Shown: positions 19,014 to 29,349, counted from the first letter of the stretch. The stretch is 56,685 nt of DNA from Candidatus Omnitrophota bacterium (GCA_023818695.1 JAMWCF010000003.1:1-56685), one strand, 5' to 3'. Numbers and translations are program-made. The notes: generated from the sequence alone by a model not told the origin.

Positions 19014-19451
19014 TTAGCCGTCGATGAGCTTTTCCGCGATCTCTTCATAGGACGGCTTGAACTGCTCGTAGAACTTCTGCCACGCCTCCTTGTCCCAAAC
19101 CTCGATCCGGTTGGAAACCCCCACCAGCGTGACGTCCCTCTTTATCCCCGCGTAATCCTTCAGGTACTGGGGGATCAGAATTCGGCCCTGCTTGTCGAAG
19201 CTTAATTCCGCCGCTCCGGAAAAATAAAAGCGGTTGAACTGCCTCGCTTCCTGTTTCGTGAAGGAGAGAGAGCGGAAGCGGTTCTCCTGCGCCTTCCACT
19301 CATCTTCCGGAAAGAGGAAAAGGCACTTGTCCAGCCCCCTGGTCACCACCAGGTGCTCGACGAAGTGCTCCTTCATCGCCTCACGAAATCGCGAGGGGAT
19401 GATCAGCCGTCCCTTCCGGTCGATCGTATGTTCGTGCTCTCCGTAGAACAT
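19014..19451 (-). CDS. mraZ: Division/cell-wall cluster repressor MraZ
   Basis: IDRKGR and DKQGRI (two DXXXR motifs); strong SD GAGGAG. Confidence 0.97.
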   Translation of the reverse strand: MFYGEHEHTIDRKGRLIIPSRFREAMKEHFVEHLVVTRGLDKCLFLFPEDEWKAQENRFRSLSFTKQEARQFNRFYFSGAAELSFDKQGRILIPQYLKDYAGIKRDVTLVGVSNRIEVWDKEAWQKFYEQFKPSYEEIAEKLIDG

Positions 19452-19459
19452 CTCTCCTC

Positions 19460-19513
19460 AAAAAACCAGAGGGGCAGTCATTCCTGGTTGTGTATTCGGC
19501 GACTGCCCCTCTG
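19460..19513 (-). terminator. Terminator-like hairpin immediately upstream of the mraZ ribosome-binding site
   Basis: Perfect 13-bp stem CAGAGGGGCAGTC/GACTGCCCCTCTG, 21-nt loop, followed by GTTTTTT on the minus strand. Confidence 0.6.
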
Positions 19514-19521
19514 TTCATAAG

Positions 19522-19632
19522 GGTTGTGGATGCTTTATCAGGCACGATCGGTCATCCCGAATCGTCCCTTGTTGTTGCCTTTCCCCCGAAGGGGGCTCCC
19601 CGATAAAGGCAAACCCGACGGCATCCACAACC
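19522..19632 (-). ncRNA. Candidate structured cis-regulatory RNA (or MITE) in the dcw leader
   Basis: Perfect 12-bp closing stem GGTTGTGGATGC/GCATCCACAACC enclosing a TTGCCTTT/AAAGGCAA arm with a CCCCC-UUCG-GGGGG tip and an ACGAT.CGG/CCG.ATCGT arm. Confidence 0.55.
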
Positions 19633-19650
19633 AAGCTCTTTGGAATAATC

Positions 19651-19676
19651 TCTACTTTCCTCCACTTTGCTCCACA
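19651..19676 (-). promoter_or_regulatory. MraZ binding direct repeats
   Basis: GTGGAGCAAA-GTGGAGGAAA-GTAGA, three units at 10-nt period just after the predicted transcription start. Confidence 0.8.
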
Positions 19677-19685
19677 CAGTGACAA

Positions 19686-19714
19686 AATATACAATGCATA
19701 TGGGATGGTGTCAA
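19686..19714 (-). promoter_or_regulatory. Sigma70 promoter of the dcw operon
   Basis: TTGACA-N17-TATATT. Confidence 0.8.
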
Positions 19715-19836
19715 GCAAAAATGGAGGAAAATTTTTATATCACAAGATGTTGCGATGATTTTCGGCGGCGGCTACAAGGGATTGCGGAAAACGCGGAAAA
19801 GAGGAATAATCAGGAAGAAAAAAGAATACCCTTGGA

Positions 19837-20364
19837 CTACGGCAAGATATTGGAGAACATGCTCGAGCCCTTGCGGGCCGCGAAACGGCGGGCCAACTGG
19901 CGCAGAGACCTCTGGAACTGCTGCTGCTGGGTCCGGAAACTCATGAACTCCGCCCCCACGCCGAGGGAATAGGTGCCGGACCAGATCACCTCCTGGGCGG
20001 CCGGGTCATGCAGCTGCACATGGACGACGGCCCCCTGGGCGTCATCCACCCCTCCGGTGAAAACGGCGTCTGCCTCATACTTTCGGGCGATCTCATCGAT
20101 ACTGGGAGAAACGGTTTCCGTCAAGGGATCTTCCATCGGAACCTCCACCACCTCGACCACTTTTGTCTGCCGCAGCTCTTGGGCGAAAAGCTGCGTCATT
20201 ACCTGCCGGCGGACGGGGCTCTCGAAGGTCAAACGAAACGGCATCACCGCCACCCGCTGAATCGCTCTCCATTGGGCATTCTTGCTGGCGTAATAGGTCG
20301 CCGACGTGCACCCGGAAAGCGACAGGAGCGCTGCCAGAAGCAGAACAACAGGACGAATCCGCAC
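19837..20364 (-). CDS. Lipoprotein, TolB-N/LpoB/DUF799-like fold
   Basis: Lipobox LSGC; RVAVMPF; ARKYEADAVFTG; GTG start after AGGAGGGTGATC. Confidence 0.7.
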   Translation of the reverse strand: MRIRPVVLLLAALLSLSGCTSATYYASKNAQWRAIQRVAVMPFRLTFESPVRRQVMTQLFAQELRQTKVVEVVEVPMEDPLTETVSPSIDEIARKYEADAVFTGGVDDAQGAVVHVQLHDPAAQEVIWSGTYSLGVGAEFMSFRTQQQQFQRSLRQLARRFAARKGSSMFSNILP

Positions 20365-20460
20365 TTGAACGATCACCCTCCTGTTTTCGGCCATTATACG
20401 GCAAGCGTGCATCGAATGCATCCGATTTTACGGTGACGCGCCCTTCCCGCGCCTTTCCCG

Positions 20461-20469
20461 TGCTATACT
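20461..20469 (+). promoter_or_regulatory. Extended -10 promoter, predicted leaderless transcript
   Basis: TGcTATACT exactly 7 nt before ATG 20477; no SD. Confidence 0.55.
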
Positions 20470-20476
20470 CCACCTG

Positions 20477-21898
20477 ATGAACGGCCAGGTTCAGGAACCC
20501 CGGTTCCATCCGATCCCCACCCTGATCAGCTGGGGCATCGTCATTCTCTCCCTGGGATTCGGCCTTTTGGCGCACATGGTCTTCTCGCCGCTCATGCGCG
20601 TCGAACACCCGGAACGAGCCTTGCTTCTGATCATCAACAGGGAACTGGAGCTGCGCGACGCCGTGAAAGCGAGGCCCTCCTGGGAACAGCGATTTTTCGA
20701 AATCTATGACGGCATCTCAAATGAGGAGGACACCAACCGTCAGCTGATCCAATGGCAGGAGGAGCTGGCCGTTTTCTCCAAGGAGCCGACGGCCCACATT
20801 CATCTGGCCATCCTGGAAGGAGAAATCGGCCGACTGGAAGATCTGCGGCAGCGGTTAGCCGGATGGGAAAAAGAGGGAGGCGGGCTTCTTTCCCTCTTCA
20901 GGATTTTGGTCGGGGCGGCGTATCTGGACACCCCCTTTCCTTTTCCTTTCGGAAACCGCCGGTGGGTTCAACCGTTGATCCATGAACTCCTGCCTCCGGG
21001 AGAACTCCGCAGCCGCCTTCTCAACCGGCTTGAAGAGCGGGAGATCCTTTCCGGGCCCCCGGAAGAAAAAGACCCGCCGGAGCGCGGCGGACGGATTGGC
21101 CGGATCTGGTTCATGACGGTTGTCGATCTTTTCCTCACGGCCTGCTTTTTATGGGCCTTCTGGCGGATTCTCCGAGGCCGGTCGCAAGCGTGGCGCTCCG
21201 GAACAGCGCTCATTCCACCGCCATGGAGCGGATGGACGAGCTTGACCGTCCTTGTGCGCGGGGCGGCCATCGCCTGTCTCATCAGTTTTCTGGGGTTCTT
21301 CATTCCGGTGGACCAGTATCCGGGCGGAGAGCTCGTCTTTTACACCCTTTTTTATTTTCCCCTGTTGCTGCTTCCCTTCCGGTACCTCCTGAAACCCCAC
21401 GGCTTGAATTTTACGCAGACCTTCGGTCTGACCCTTCCGAAGGGCGGCGTCCGCCGACTGCTGATTGTCACCTTCGCCGGGATGGGGTTTGAGTTAATCG
21501 GGAATATCGCCCTGGACATCGGGGCCAATTTTGCCGAAGCGGGGTATCACTGGGGAGAAAGTTTCGACGCCGACCTGGTCTGGGGATCGACCGCCTACGT
21601 CGCGGCCGGCATGGCGGCCAATGTCCTGATGGCCCCCTTTTTCGAGGAGTTCATTTTCAGGGGACTGCTCTTCGGGACCCTGCGCCGGCGATTCAGCTGG
21701 GTACCCACTGCCATCATCAGCGCCGGCGTCTTTTCAATCCTGCACGGATACGGGATACTGGGCTTCTCGACCGTCTTCTTGAGCGGGGTCGTCTGGGCCT
21801 GGACCTACGAAAAGAGCGGGTCGCTGCTACCCGGCATGTTCGCGCACGCCGTGAACAATCTCTTCTATTCGCTGGGACTGCTACTGCTCCTGCGATAG
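20477..21898 (+). CDS. CPBP (CAAX protease/Abi) family intramembrane metalloprotease with a large N-terminal soluble domain
   Basis: PFFEEFIFRG, FSILHG, AHAVNN motifs; multiple TM segments. Confidence 0.9.
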   Translation: MNGQVQEPRFHPIPTLISWGIVILSLGFGLLAHMVFSPLMRVEHPERALLLIINRELELRDAVKARPSWEQRFFEIYDGISNEEDTNRQLIQWQEELAVFSKEPTAHIHLAILEGEIGRLEDLRQRLAGWEKEGGGLLSLFRILVGAAYLDTPFPFPFGNRRWVQPLIHELLPPGELRSRLLNRLEEREILSGPPEEKDPPERGGRIGRIWFMTVVDLFLTACFLWAFWRILRGRSQAWRSGTALIPPPWSGWTSLTVLVRGAAIACLISFLGFFIPVDQYPGGELVFYTLFYFPLLLLPFRYLLKPHGLNFTQTFGLTLPKGGVRRLLIVTFAGMGFELIGNIALDIGANFAEAGYHWGESFDADLVWGSTAYVAAGMAANVLMAPFFEEFIFRGLLFGTLRRRFSWVPTAIISAGVFSILHGYGILGFSTVFLSGVVWAWTYEKSGSLLPGMFAHAVNNLFYSLGLLLLLR

Positions 21899-21906
21899 GA
21901 GAAAAC

Positions 21907-22266
21907 GAAGAGGCGGCCTGTAAGCCGGATTCTGTGCCCCACCTTTCGGCGGGCGACGGTCATTCCTCTAGGCCGGGCCTTACGGCCCGGCTCAAGCGAC
22001 CTACCCACCCTGCCTTCCACCTTTCGGTCGAACGGAACGGGCCGTTCCAAGCAAGGTCTATTTGGTCTTGCACCGCGGAGAGATTGCCTCGTTGCACCCT
22101 TCGACAAGCTCAAGGCAGGCTTCCCTGCCCGGCAGCCGAAGACTCGTCTCTGTGGCTCTGATCCGCCCCTCGCGGGGGGTGGGTGTTACCCACTCCGCTG
22201 CCCTGTGGAGTCCGGACTTTCCTCCCGCCGAAAACCGCCGGAGGGCGACCATCCGGCCACCTCTTC
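21907..22266 (-). ncRNA. rnpB: RNase P RNA
   Basis: GAGGAAAGUCCGGACUCCACAGGG...ACAGAAUCCGGCUUA; P1 GAAGAGGUGGCC/GGCCGCCUCUUC; TATAAT at 22274-22279, 7 nt before the 5' end. Confidence 0.97.
22097..22129. repeat. REP-like unit (CCCTTCGACAAGCTCA.GGCAGG) inside RNase P helix P12
   Basis: Resembles the widespread 'PFDKLR/ACPELVEG' palindromic repeat recalled from other genomes; single copy in this window. Confidence 0.5.
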
Positions 22267-22352
22267 GACATCTATTATATACCGGCGCACCGGCCGGCAA
22301 TCCTCCTTTCCTTTCCTCCTCCCATCCCGTAAAATAGAATTTTGTGTTCCTG

Positions 22353-22429
22353 GGGCGGTTAGCTCAGCCGGTTAGAGCGCATGCCTCACATGCATGAGGT
22401 CACAGGTTCGAGTCCTGTACCGCCCACCA
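22353..22429 (+). tRNA. tRNA-Val(CAC)
   Basis: GGGCGGT/ACCGCCC acceptor stem, anticodon loop CT-CAC-AT, GGTTCGA, encoded CCA. Confidence 0.96.
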
Positions 22430-22444
22430 TAGGATAGGATAAAC

Positions 22445-23176
22445 ATGTCAACCGTATCGATCCAAGATCAGCTGAAAGCGCTCCTGGAATTGCAGACGCT
22501 GGACGCCGAGCTTTACCAGCTCAAGCGCCGGAAGGAGGCGAAACCCCAGGAGGCGTCCGCTTTAAAAGAGCAGCAGCAGCAGAACGCCAAAGCGGTCCAG
22601 GATCTGGAGCAGAAATTCAAGGGCTTTGAGGTCAAACGCAAGGAACTGGAGCTCGAACTGGAGCAGAAAGAGGGCCAGATCCGCAAGCTGCAATCCCAGC
22701 TTTTCCAGTGCAAGACAAACAAAGAGTACAGCGCCATGCAGTCGGAGATCGAAGGGGCCAAGGCGGATAAATCGGTCCTCGAGGAAGAGCTGATCAAGCG
22801 GATGGATGAATCGGACAGCTTGAAAAAACGTCAGGACGAGGAGCGGGCGGCTCTTAAGGTCAAAGAGGAAGAGATCAAGAAACAGCTTGCTCAAATCGAT
22901 CAGGAGATGCAGGGACTCCAAAAGAGGATCGAGGAGCTTCAGCAGAATCGAACATCCCTGACCCCGAAAGTGGACCCTCAAATCCTCGCCAGGTACGAAA
23001 AGATTCTTTCAAAGAAAGACGGAATCGCGCTGGTCCCCGTCAAGGGGGACGCCTGCGGAGGATGCAACATGATCCTGCCGCCCCAGCAGATCAACGAGAT
23101 CATGGGCGGCACCCGATTGATCCCCTGCGAAAACTGCGCCCGGATCCTTTACATCGAACCCAATGCCGCCTCATAA
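22445..23176 (+). CDS. C4 zinc-ribbon coiled-coil protein (DUF164/HP0958/CdsZ family)
   Basis: Long coiled coil, KTNKEY, CGGC...CENC. Confidence 0.9.
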   Translation: MSTVSIQDQLKALLELQTLDAELYQLKRRKEAKPQEASALKEQQQQNAKAVQDLEQKFKGFEVKRKELELELEQKEGQIRKLQSQLFQCKTNKEYSAMQSEIEGAKADKSVLEEELIKRMDESDSLKKRQDEERAALKVKEEEIKKQLAQIDQEMQGLQKRIEELQQNRTSLTPKVDPQILARYEKILSKKDGIALVPVKGDACGGCNMILPPQQINEIMGGTRLIPCENCARILYIEPNAAS

Positions 23177-23672
23177 AAAGGCAGCCAAACCCGCCCCTTC
23201 AACCGTTAAAATCCACATAGACGGCGCCGCGCGGGGAAACCCGGGACCGGCCGGCGTGGGGATCGTCATCTCGGGGCGCAAACCTGTTGAGATGGGCCTC
23301 TCTATCGGCGAGGCGACCAACAACGTCGCGGAGACGGTCGCCTTGATCATCGCCCTGCAGGAAGCGCTCAAGCGGGGGGAAAAACGGGTGCTCGTTTGCA
23401 CCGACAGCGAACTCCTGGCGAACCAGGTGGCCGGGCTGTACAAGGTGAAAGACAAGCAGCTTCAGTGGCTCCACGCGATCATCCGTTCCCTGACGGGAGG
23501 GTTCGATTCTTTCGATATCCGGCATGTCCCCCGGGCGGAGAACCGCCAGGCGGACCGCCTGGCCGGCAAAGCGGTGATCGACGGCTTAAGGGAACACTCT
23601 CGCGACAGGAAGAGAAAGACGATTCAACCGGACAGCTCGCAGGCGGGCATTCAGCAACCGACGTTTTGGTGA
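23163..23672 (+). CDS. rnhA: Ribonuclease HI
   Basis: IDGAARGNPG, TNNVAE, TDSEL, HVPRAENRQAD. Confidence 0.93.
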   Translation: MPPHKKAAKPAPSTVKIHIDGAARGNPGPAGVGIVISGRKPVEMGLSIGEATNNVAETVALIIALQEALKRGEKRVLVCTDSELLANQVAGLYKVKDKQLQWLHAIIRSLTGGFDSFDIRHVPRAENRQADRLAGKAVIDGLREHSRDRKRKTIQPDSSQAGIQQPTFW

Positions 23673-23683
23673 TCTTGTTCGCC

Positions 23684-23756
23684 GGGCCCGTAGCTCAGCG
23701 GTTAGAGCAGGTCACTCATAATGACTTGGTCCCTGGTTCGAATCCAGGCGGGCCCA
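23684..23756 (+). tRNA. tRNA with CAU anticodon, probably tRNA-Ile2 (lysidine type)
   Basis: GGGCCCG/CGGGCCC acceptor stem, loop CT-CAT-AA, A discriminator, CCA not encoded. Confidence 0.9.
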
Positions 23757-23757
23757 A

Positions 23758-25422
<1,665 letters not shown>

Positions 25423-25433
25423 CCTTTTCAACC

Positions 25434-27203
25434 TCACCTAAAAGACGTTGTTTTGATCAACCGGTTCATCTCCAGAACCAACAAGACCGCCTTTTCCTGA
25501 TCGCCCGCCTCTTCCGCCTGCCGAATGGAAGCCTTCAAGGACTCCACCGACGCTTTTCGCCGCTCCTCCTCGATCCGGCGAAGGAGGTCATTGACGGTCC
25601 ACTCTTTTTCCTCCTCCTCCACCGTGTCCGCCCATGCCAGCCACCGCACGAACCTGCTCTGCGCGTCACCGGCATCCCGGCCCAGAGCGTCGACGATCCG
25701 TCGGTGATCCTCCGGCAGCTGCTGTTCCGAGAACCGCTCCGTCAGCCATTCGATGACCCGGCGAACAAGGGGGTCCTGAATCATCTGGGTGGACAGACGA
25801 TCCGCCACCAGAGCCATCCTCTGCGGATTCTCCATCAGCAAACCGGCCAGTGATTCCTCGGCTGTCGGGACCGACGCGGAAACAGCTTCCGCCGCCGTCA
25901 GCGAGGAGGGCTTCCACCTAGCATCCAGCTTGACCTTTCCCAATTCCGTCCACAGGAGATCCTCGGCGACGCCTAAAAGATCGCCGAGCCGTCTGATGTA
26001 CTCACCCCTCTGGATCGTGTTGGCGACCCTTTTGATGGTCGGCAGCATCTCCTCACAGATTCGGACCCGCCCTTCCATCATTTTCGGGTCAAACCGTTTT
26101 TTCAAGAGGTTCAGCTTATAATCGAAAAGATCTTCCGAACCCTGAATCGCCTTGGCGAAGGCCTTGATCCCCTGCGTCCGGATCATGGAGTCGGGGTCCA
26201 GCCCCTCCGGTAATCCCGCCACCTTGACCCGCATCTGGCCCGCCAGCAGGAGGTCCAGCCCCCTCAAGGTGGCCATCTCTCCGGCGTAATCCCCGTCGTA
26301 GACCATCACCACATTCTTGGTATACCGGCGGATCAGCTGAATCTGGGACTCCGTCAAACTGGTCCCCATGGAGGCAACCACGTTGCGGATCCCCTGCTGG
26401 TAAGGGGCGATCATGTCCAAATACCCCTCCACCACGATGCAGAAATCCTTTTCCCGGATATGAGGCGCTGCCAGGTGAATCCCGTAAAGGATCTTTCCCT
26501 TGACGTAAAGCTCCGTTTCCGGGGAGTTCAGGTACTTCGGGCCTTCCTCGTCGAAGACCCTTCCTCCGAAGGCGATCACCCGCCCTCTGGTGTCCCAGAT
26601 CGGGAAGACGACCCTGTTGCGGAACCGATCATACCATCCAGCCTTCCCTTCGCGGGCGACGGCCAGACCGGCCCGTTCCAACACCTGGGGAGTCAACCCC
26701 TCGCCGGCCGCCTTCTGCAGGAACCGATCCCAGCCGGAGGGGGCATAACCGACCGAGAAAGTCTCCCATGTCTCCTCGGTCAAACCTCTCTTTTTGAGAT
26801 ATGCCCTCGCCGCCTCCCCTTCCGGCGACATCAGAAGCTCCTGGAAAAACCGGGCCGCCGATTCATGCGCCTGGTATAGCTTCAGATGGGCGTTCGTTTT
26901 CCTGCCGCCGCGGCCGAAGCTGATCTCCAGACCGGCCTTCTGGGCCAACAGTTCAACCGCCTCCGGGAACTCCATATGCTCATGCTTCATCACAAAGGAG
27001 ACCATGTCTCCTCCCGCGCCGCACCCATAGCAGATGAAAAACTGCTTGTGCGGATAGATCATGAAGGAGGGAGTCTTCTCCGGATGAAACGGGCAGAGCG
27101 CTTTGAAATTCTTGCCTGATCTGCGCAGGGTGACGTATCCCCCGACCACCTCCACAATGTCCAGACGATCCTGGATCTCCCGGAGCGTCCGATCAGAGAT
27201 CAT
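25434..27203 (-). CDS. dnaG: DNA primase
   Basis: CPFH..KTPS zinc finger, [27 protein letters not shown]. Confidence 0.97.
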   Translation of the reverse strand: MISDRTLREIQDRLDIVEVVGGYVTLRRSGKNFKALCPFHPEKTPSFMIYPHKQFFICYGCGAGGDMVSFVMKHEHMEFPEAVELLAQKAGLEISFGRGGRKTNAHLKLYQAHESAARFFQELLMSPEGEAARAYLKKRGLTEETWETFSVGYAPSGWDRFLQKAAGEGLTPQVLERAGLAVAREGKAGWYDRFRNRVVFPIWDTRGRVIAFGGRVFDEEGPKYLNSPETELYVKGKILYGIHLAAPHIREKDFCIVVEGYLDMIAPYQQGIRNVVASMGTSLTESQIQLIRRYTKNVVMVYDGDYAGEMATLRGLDLLLAGQMRVKVAGLPEGLDPDSMIRTQGIKAFAKAIQGSEDLFDYKLNLLKKRFDPKMMEGRVRICEEMLPTIKRVANTIQRGEYIRRLGDLLGVAEDLLWTELGKVKLDARWKPSSLTAAEAVSASVPTAEESLAGLLMENPQRMALVADRLSTQMIQDPLVRRVIEWLTERFSEQQLPEDHRRIVDALGRDAGDAQSRFVRWLAWADTVEEEEKEWTVNDLLRRIEEERRKASVESLKASIRQAEEAGDQEKAVLLVLEMNRLIKTTSFR

Positions 27204-27274
27204 GGAGCCGCATTCCTTTCAACGAGTCGACTGTCTTTTTGAGCGTGCAGGCGTAGCGCGGGAACGTCGCCGAG

Positions 27275-27814
27275 TCACGATGCCGGAGCACGAAAACCGG
27301 ACCAGATGTGGTGAACCCACGGCGTGGCGGCGGAGTAAACCGCCGGAGCCACCCGGACCATGGCGTGCCCTGTCAAGGAGTGCTGTTCAATCGAAGCGCT
27401 CAAGTACTCCGAAGGAAGCTGGCTGCAAATCACCAAAATCACACTGGTGACAAACCCGGCTCTGATGAGACCGACCGCCAAACCGCCTATCTGGGCGAGT
27501 TTCGGCTGGAACGACACCTGCACCAACTTTTCCAGCAACCGGAGTCCCCTCGTGACGGCGAAGTACCCGACGAGAATTAAACTCACCATGACAAGGGCCT
27601 TGGCCCACTCTTCGGAGAGAAACGTCCACTTTCCGATAAAGCCGCCTATTCCGTGAAACAACCCGAAACTGACAAAGAACCCCACGAGTACGCCGGCCAA
27701 TTTCAGAAGCTCGGGAGCAAGTCCGAGCTTAAAACCGACGTAACCCATTCTGATAAAAAGAATTATAGAAAATAAATCAACCCAGTTAAAGTGAATAATC
27801 TTAGATTCTCCCAC
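27275..27814 (-). CDS. cvpA: CvpA family membrane protein
   Basis: NWVD...GFKLG, four TM segments, GGL.VGLIR. Confidence 0.8.
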   Translation of the reverse strand: MGESKIIHFNWVDLFSIILFIRMGYVGFKLGLAPELLKLAGVLVGFFVSFGLFHGIGGFIGKWTFLSEEWAKALVMVSLILVGYFAVTRGLRLLEKLVQVSFQPKLAQIGGLAVGLIRAGFVTSVILVICSQLPSEYLSASIEQHSLTGHAMVRVAPAVYSAATPWVHHIWSGFRAPAS

Positions 27815-27849
27815 GCCCCTTATAGAAGGAGAATGTTGAGTTTTATCAA

Positions 27850-27879
27850 AGTATACCCGACCGAGTTAAACAATGTCAA
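27850..27879 (-). promoter_or_regulatory. Sigma70 promoter for cvpA-dnaG-rpoD
   Basis: TTGACA-N18-TATACT in an AT-rich gap. Confidence 0.7.
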
Positions 27880-27932
27880 GGGAGGCAGAAAATAACTTCT
27901 TATCCTGATTGGCGTTAGCTAAACTAAAAAGG

Positions 27933-28688
27933 CTAGGGTTCCTGGATCCTAGAGAGGAACTTTTCGGCCTCGAAGGAGGGTTCCATCACCTTGAGCTGGT
28001 TGACCAGGGTCAGCAGGCGTTGCAGTATGGCCCCGTCCCGTTCCCCTTTGAGCCATCTGGAGTAGAGGTCAAGAAACTCATCCTGGACTTGCTGGTAAGG
28101 GATCTTTTTTTCCAGCTCCCGGACCTGTTCCTGAAGCTCCGCCATTTCGTTTTCATGCAGGCGGTAGCTAAAATGGAAATAAGTCGAGCGCATGGCCGAC
28201 AGGATCGACAGGTATCTTTCGGTCCCGGACGCCAATTTGGTATGGATATCGGCAAGGGCCGTCGGCTTTCTGTAAATCCGGCGGTTGCATTCGCAGGCAT
28301 GGGAGTAATACCTTTTCATTCGTAGAACCTCCGCCTGCTTCTCCTGCCAGATATGGTGAAAAACCCCCAGCGAAACCAGCAGATCGTCGGCGTTGACCTT
28401 ATAAATCCAGTAAGCCCGGTAACGGTCTTCCGTCTTGGAAACCGCCTGAAAAATCTCCTCGTCATAGCGGGAGAGAACCTCTGAAATGGAGGAGAGATAG
28501 ACGGGATCGAGATAGGCGGTCAGCAGACCAGCAAGATAGGCATTGACGTCCTCATCGGTTGAACCCGGCGCCGACTCCAATTTCATGCGCAGCCGGGTCT
28601 TCAAGAGCATTTCCACCAACCGCCCGTAGACCTGCTCCTCCCGCTTACCCTGGATCTCGTAATATCGGGTATTCAGATGAAACGCCAT
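27933..28688 (-). CDS. Hypothetical helical protein (251 aa)
   Basis: Clean ORF; DEDVNAYLAGLL and KVNADDLLVSLG blocks; C-terminal coiled coil. Confidence 0.8.
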   Translation of the reverse strand: MAFHLNTRYYEIQGKREEQVYGRLVEMLLKTRLRMKLESAPGSTDEDVNAYLAGLLTAYLDPVYLSSISEVLSRYDEEIFQAVSKTEDRYRAYWIYKVNADDLLVSLGVFHHIWQEKQAEVLRMKRYYSHACECNRRIYRKPTALADIHTKLASGTERYLSILSAMRSTYFHFSYRLHENEMAELQEQVRELEKKIPYQQVQDEFLDLYSRWLKGERDGAILQRLLTLVNQLKVMEPSFEAEKFLSRIQEP

Positions 28689-28711
28689 ACCGATGGGTCC
28701 GATGCTTATTA

Positions 28712-29059
28712 TTATACAAGTCCCGACCGGTTTCTCTTCGGCTGTGCTTTCGGAACACCTCTGGCCGGCTCCTTGGGCGAAAAGTCAGACGGCGGCAGCA
28801 GTTGCTGCGTCGATTCTACGGATGTATTCTGCGGTGCTGTCGCTTGGGCGTCCGTCGGCGGCACGCCCATCCTCGAGCTCATCAGCAGAACCCCGAGGGC
28901 CATGCCCATCCCCAGCATCAGCCACGGTAAAACTCTATTCATCAGGGTCGGCTGCTTCACTCGGATGGCATGCTTCGGGAACCTCCACGGAACCGTTGGA
29001 TCCCAGGAGCCGGACGGTACCGGAAAATTATCCCCGTAATAATCCGACACCGTGCTCAC
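28712..29059 (-). CDS. Small single-pass membrane protein with a Pro/Gln-rich tail
   Basis: VLPWLMLGMGMALGVLLM TM segment; GTGA overlap with the upstream stop. Confidence 0.7.
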   Translation of the reverse strand: MSTVSDYYGDNFPVPSGSWDPTVPWRFPKHAIRVKQPTLMNRVLPWLMLGMGMALGVLLMSSRMGVPPTDAQATAPQNTSVESTQQLLPPSDFSPKEPARGVPKAQPKRNRSGLV

Positions 29060-29349
29060 GGCTTCAACAGCTCCCCGGCCAAGCGCTTGGCTTCCGGCAG
29101 ACCGGCGGCCAGTTTCTTGACCAACCTTTCCTCCAAATCCTGATCCGACCGCAAACCCTCCCCCGTGACGCCAGACCTGCGCAACAGATCGATCAGCGCC
29201 GAAATCACCCGTGTGCGCGGAAACTTGACCCCGGTTGAGAAAAGGGCGTCCTTGCCCATCTTGTCCAGATAGTCAACCTGCTCCCTGTCCAGGAAGGTGA
29301 CGACCCTGTGGACCTGCTTGCCCTGCTCCATTCTCGCGTTGCTTTTCAT
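29056..29349 (-). CDS. Hypothetical protein, ribbon-helix-helix-like DNA-binding pattern (97 aa)
   Basis: SD GGAGG before ATG 29349; HRVVTFL strand followed by DREQVDYLDK and RTRVISALIDLL helices. Confidence 0.75.
   Translation of the reverse strand: MKSNARMEQGKQVHRVVTFLDREQVDYLDKMGKDALFSTGVKFPRTRVISALIDLLRRSGVTGEGLRSDQDLEERLVKKLAAGLPEAKRLAGELLKP

Noticed and set aside
19605-19625. AAAGGCAAACC on the plus strand, resembling a GEMM-I start
   Set aside because: No GNRA hairpin or GCAAAG follows, and it is the wrong strand for mraZ.
19523-19630. DnaA-box-like TGTGGATGC / GCATCCACA
   Set aside because: 7/9 matches that are simply the arms of the inverted repeat; no box cluster or origin context.
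19680-19707. dif-like sequence (…GCAT-TGTATA-TTTTGTCAC)
   Set aside because: Only the central hexamer and about half of the XerD arm match; it coincides with the dcw -10 element.
19515-19972. Small ORFs in the mraZ upstream region (19515..19718, 19667..19972, 19755..19946)
   Set aside because: They overlap the promoter, MraZ boxes and RNA structure; no homology cues or convincing ribosome-binding site. A leader peptide cannot be fully excluded.
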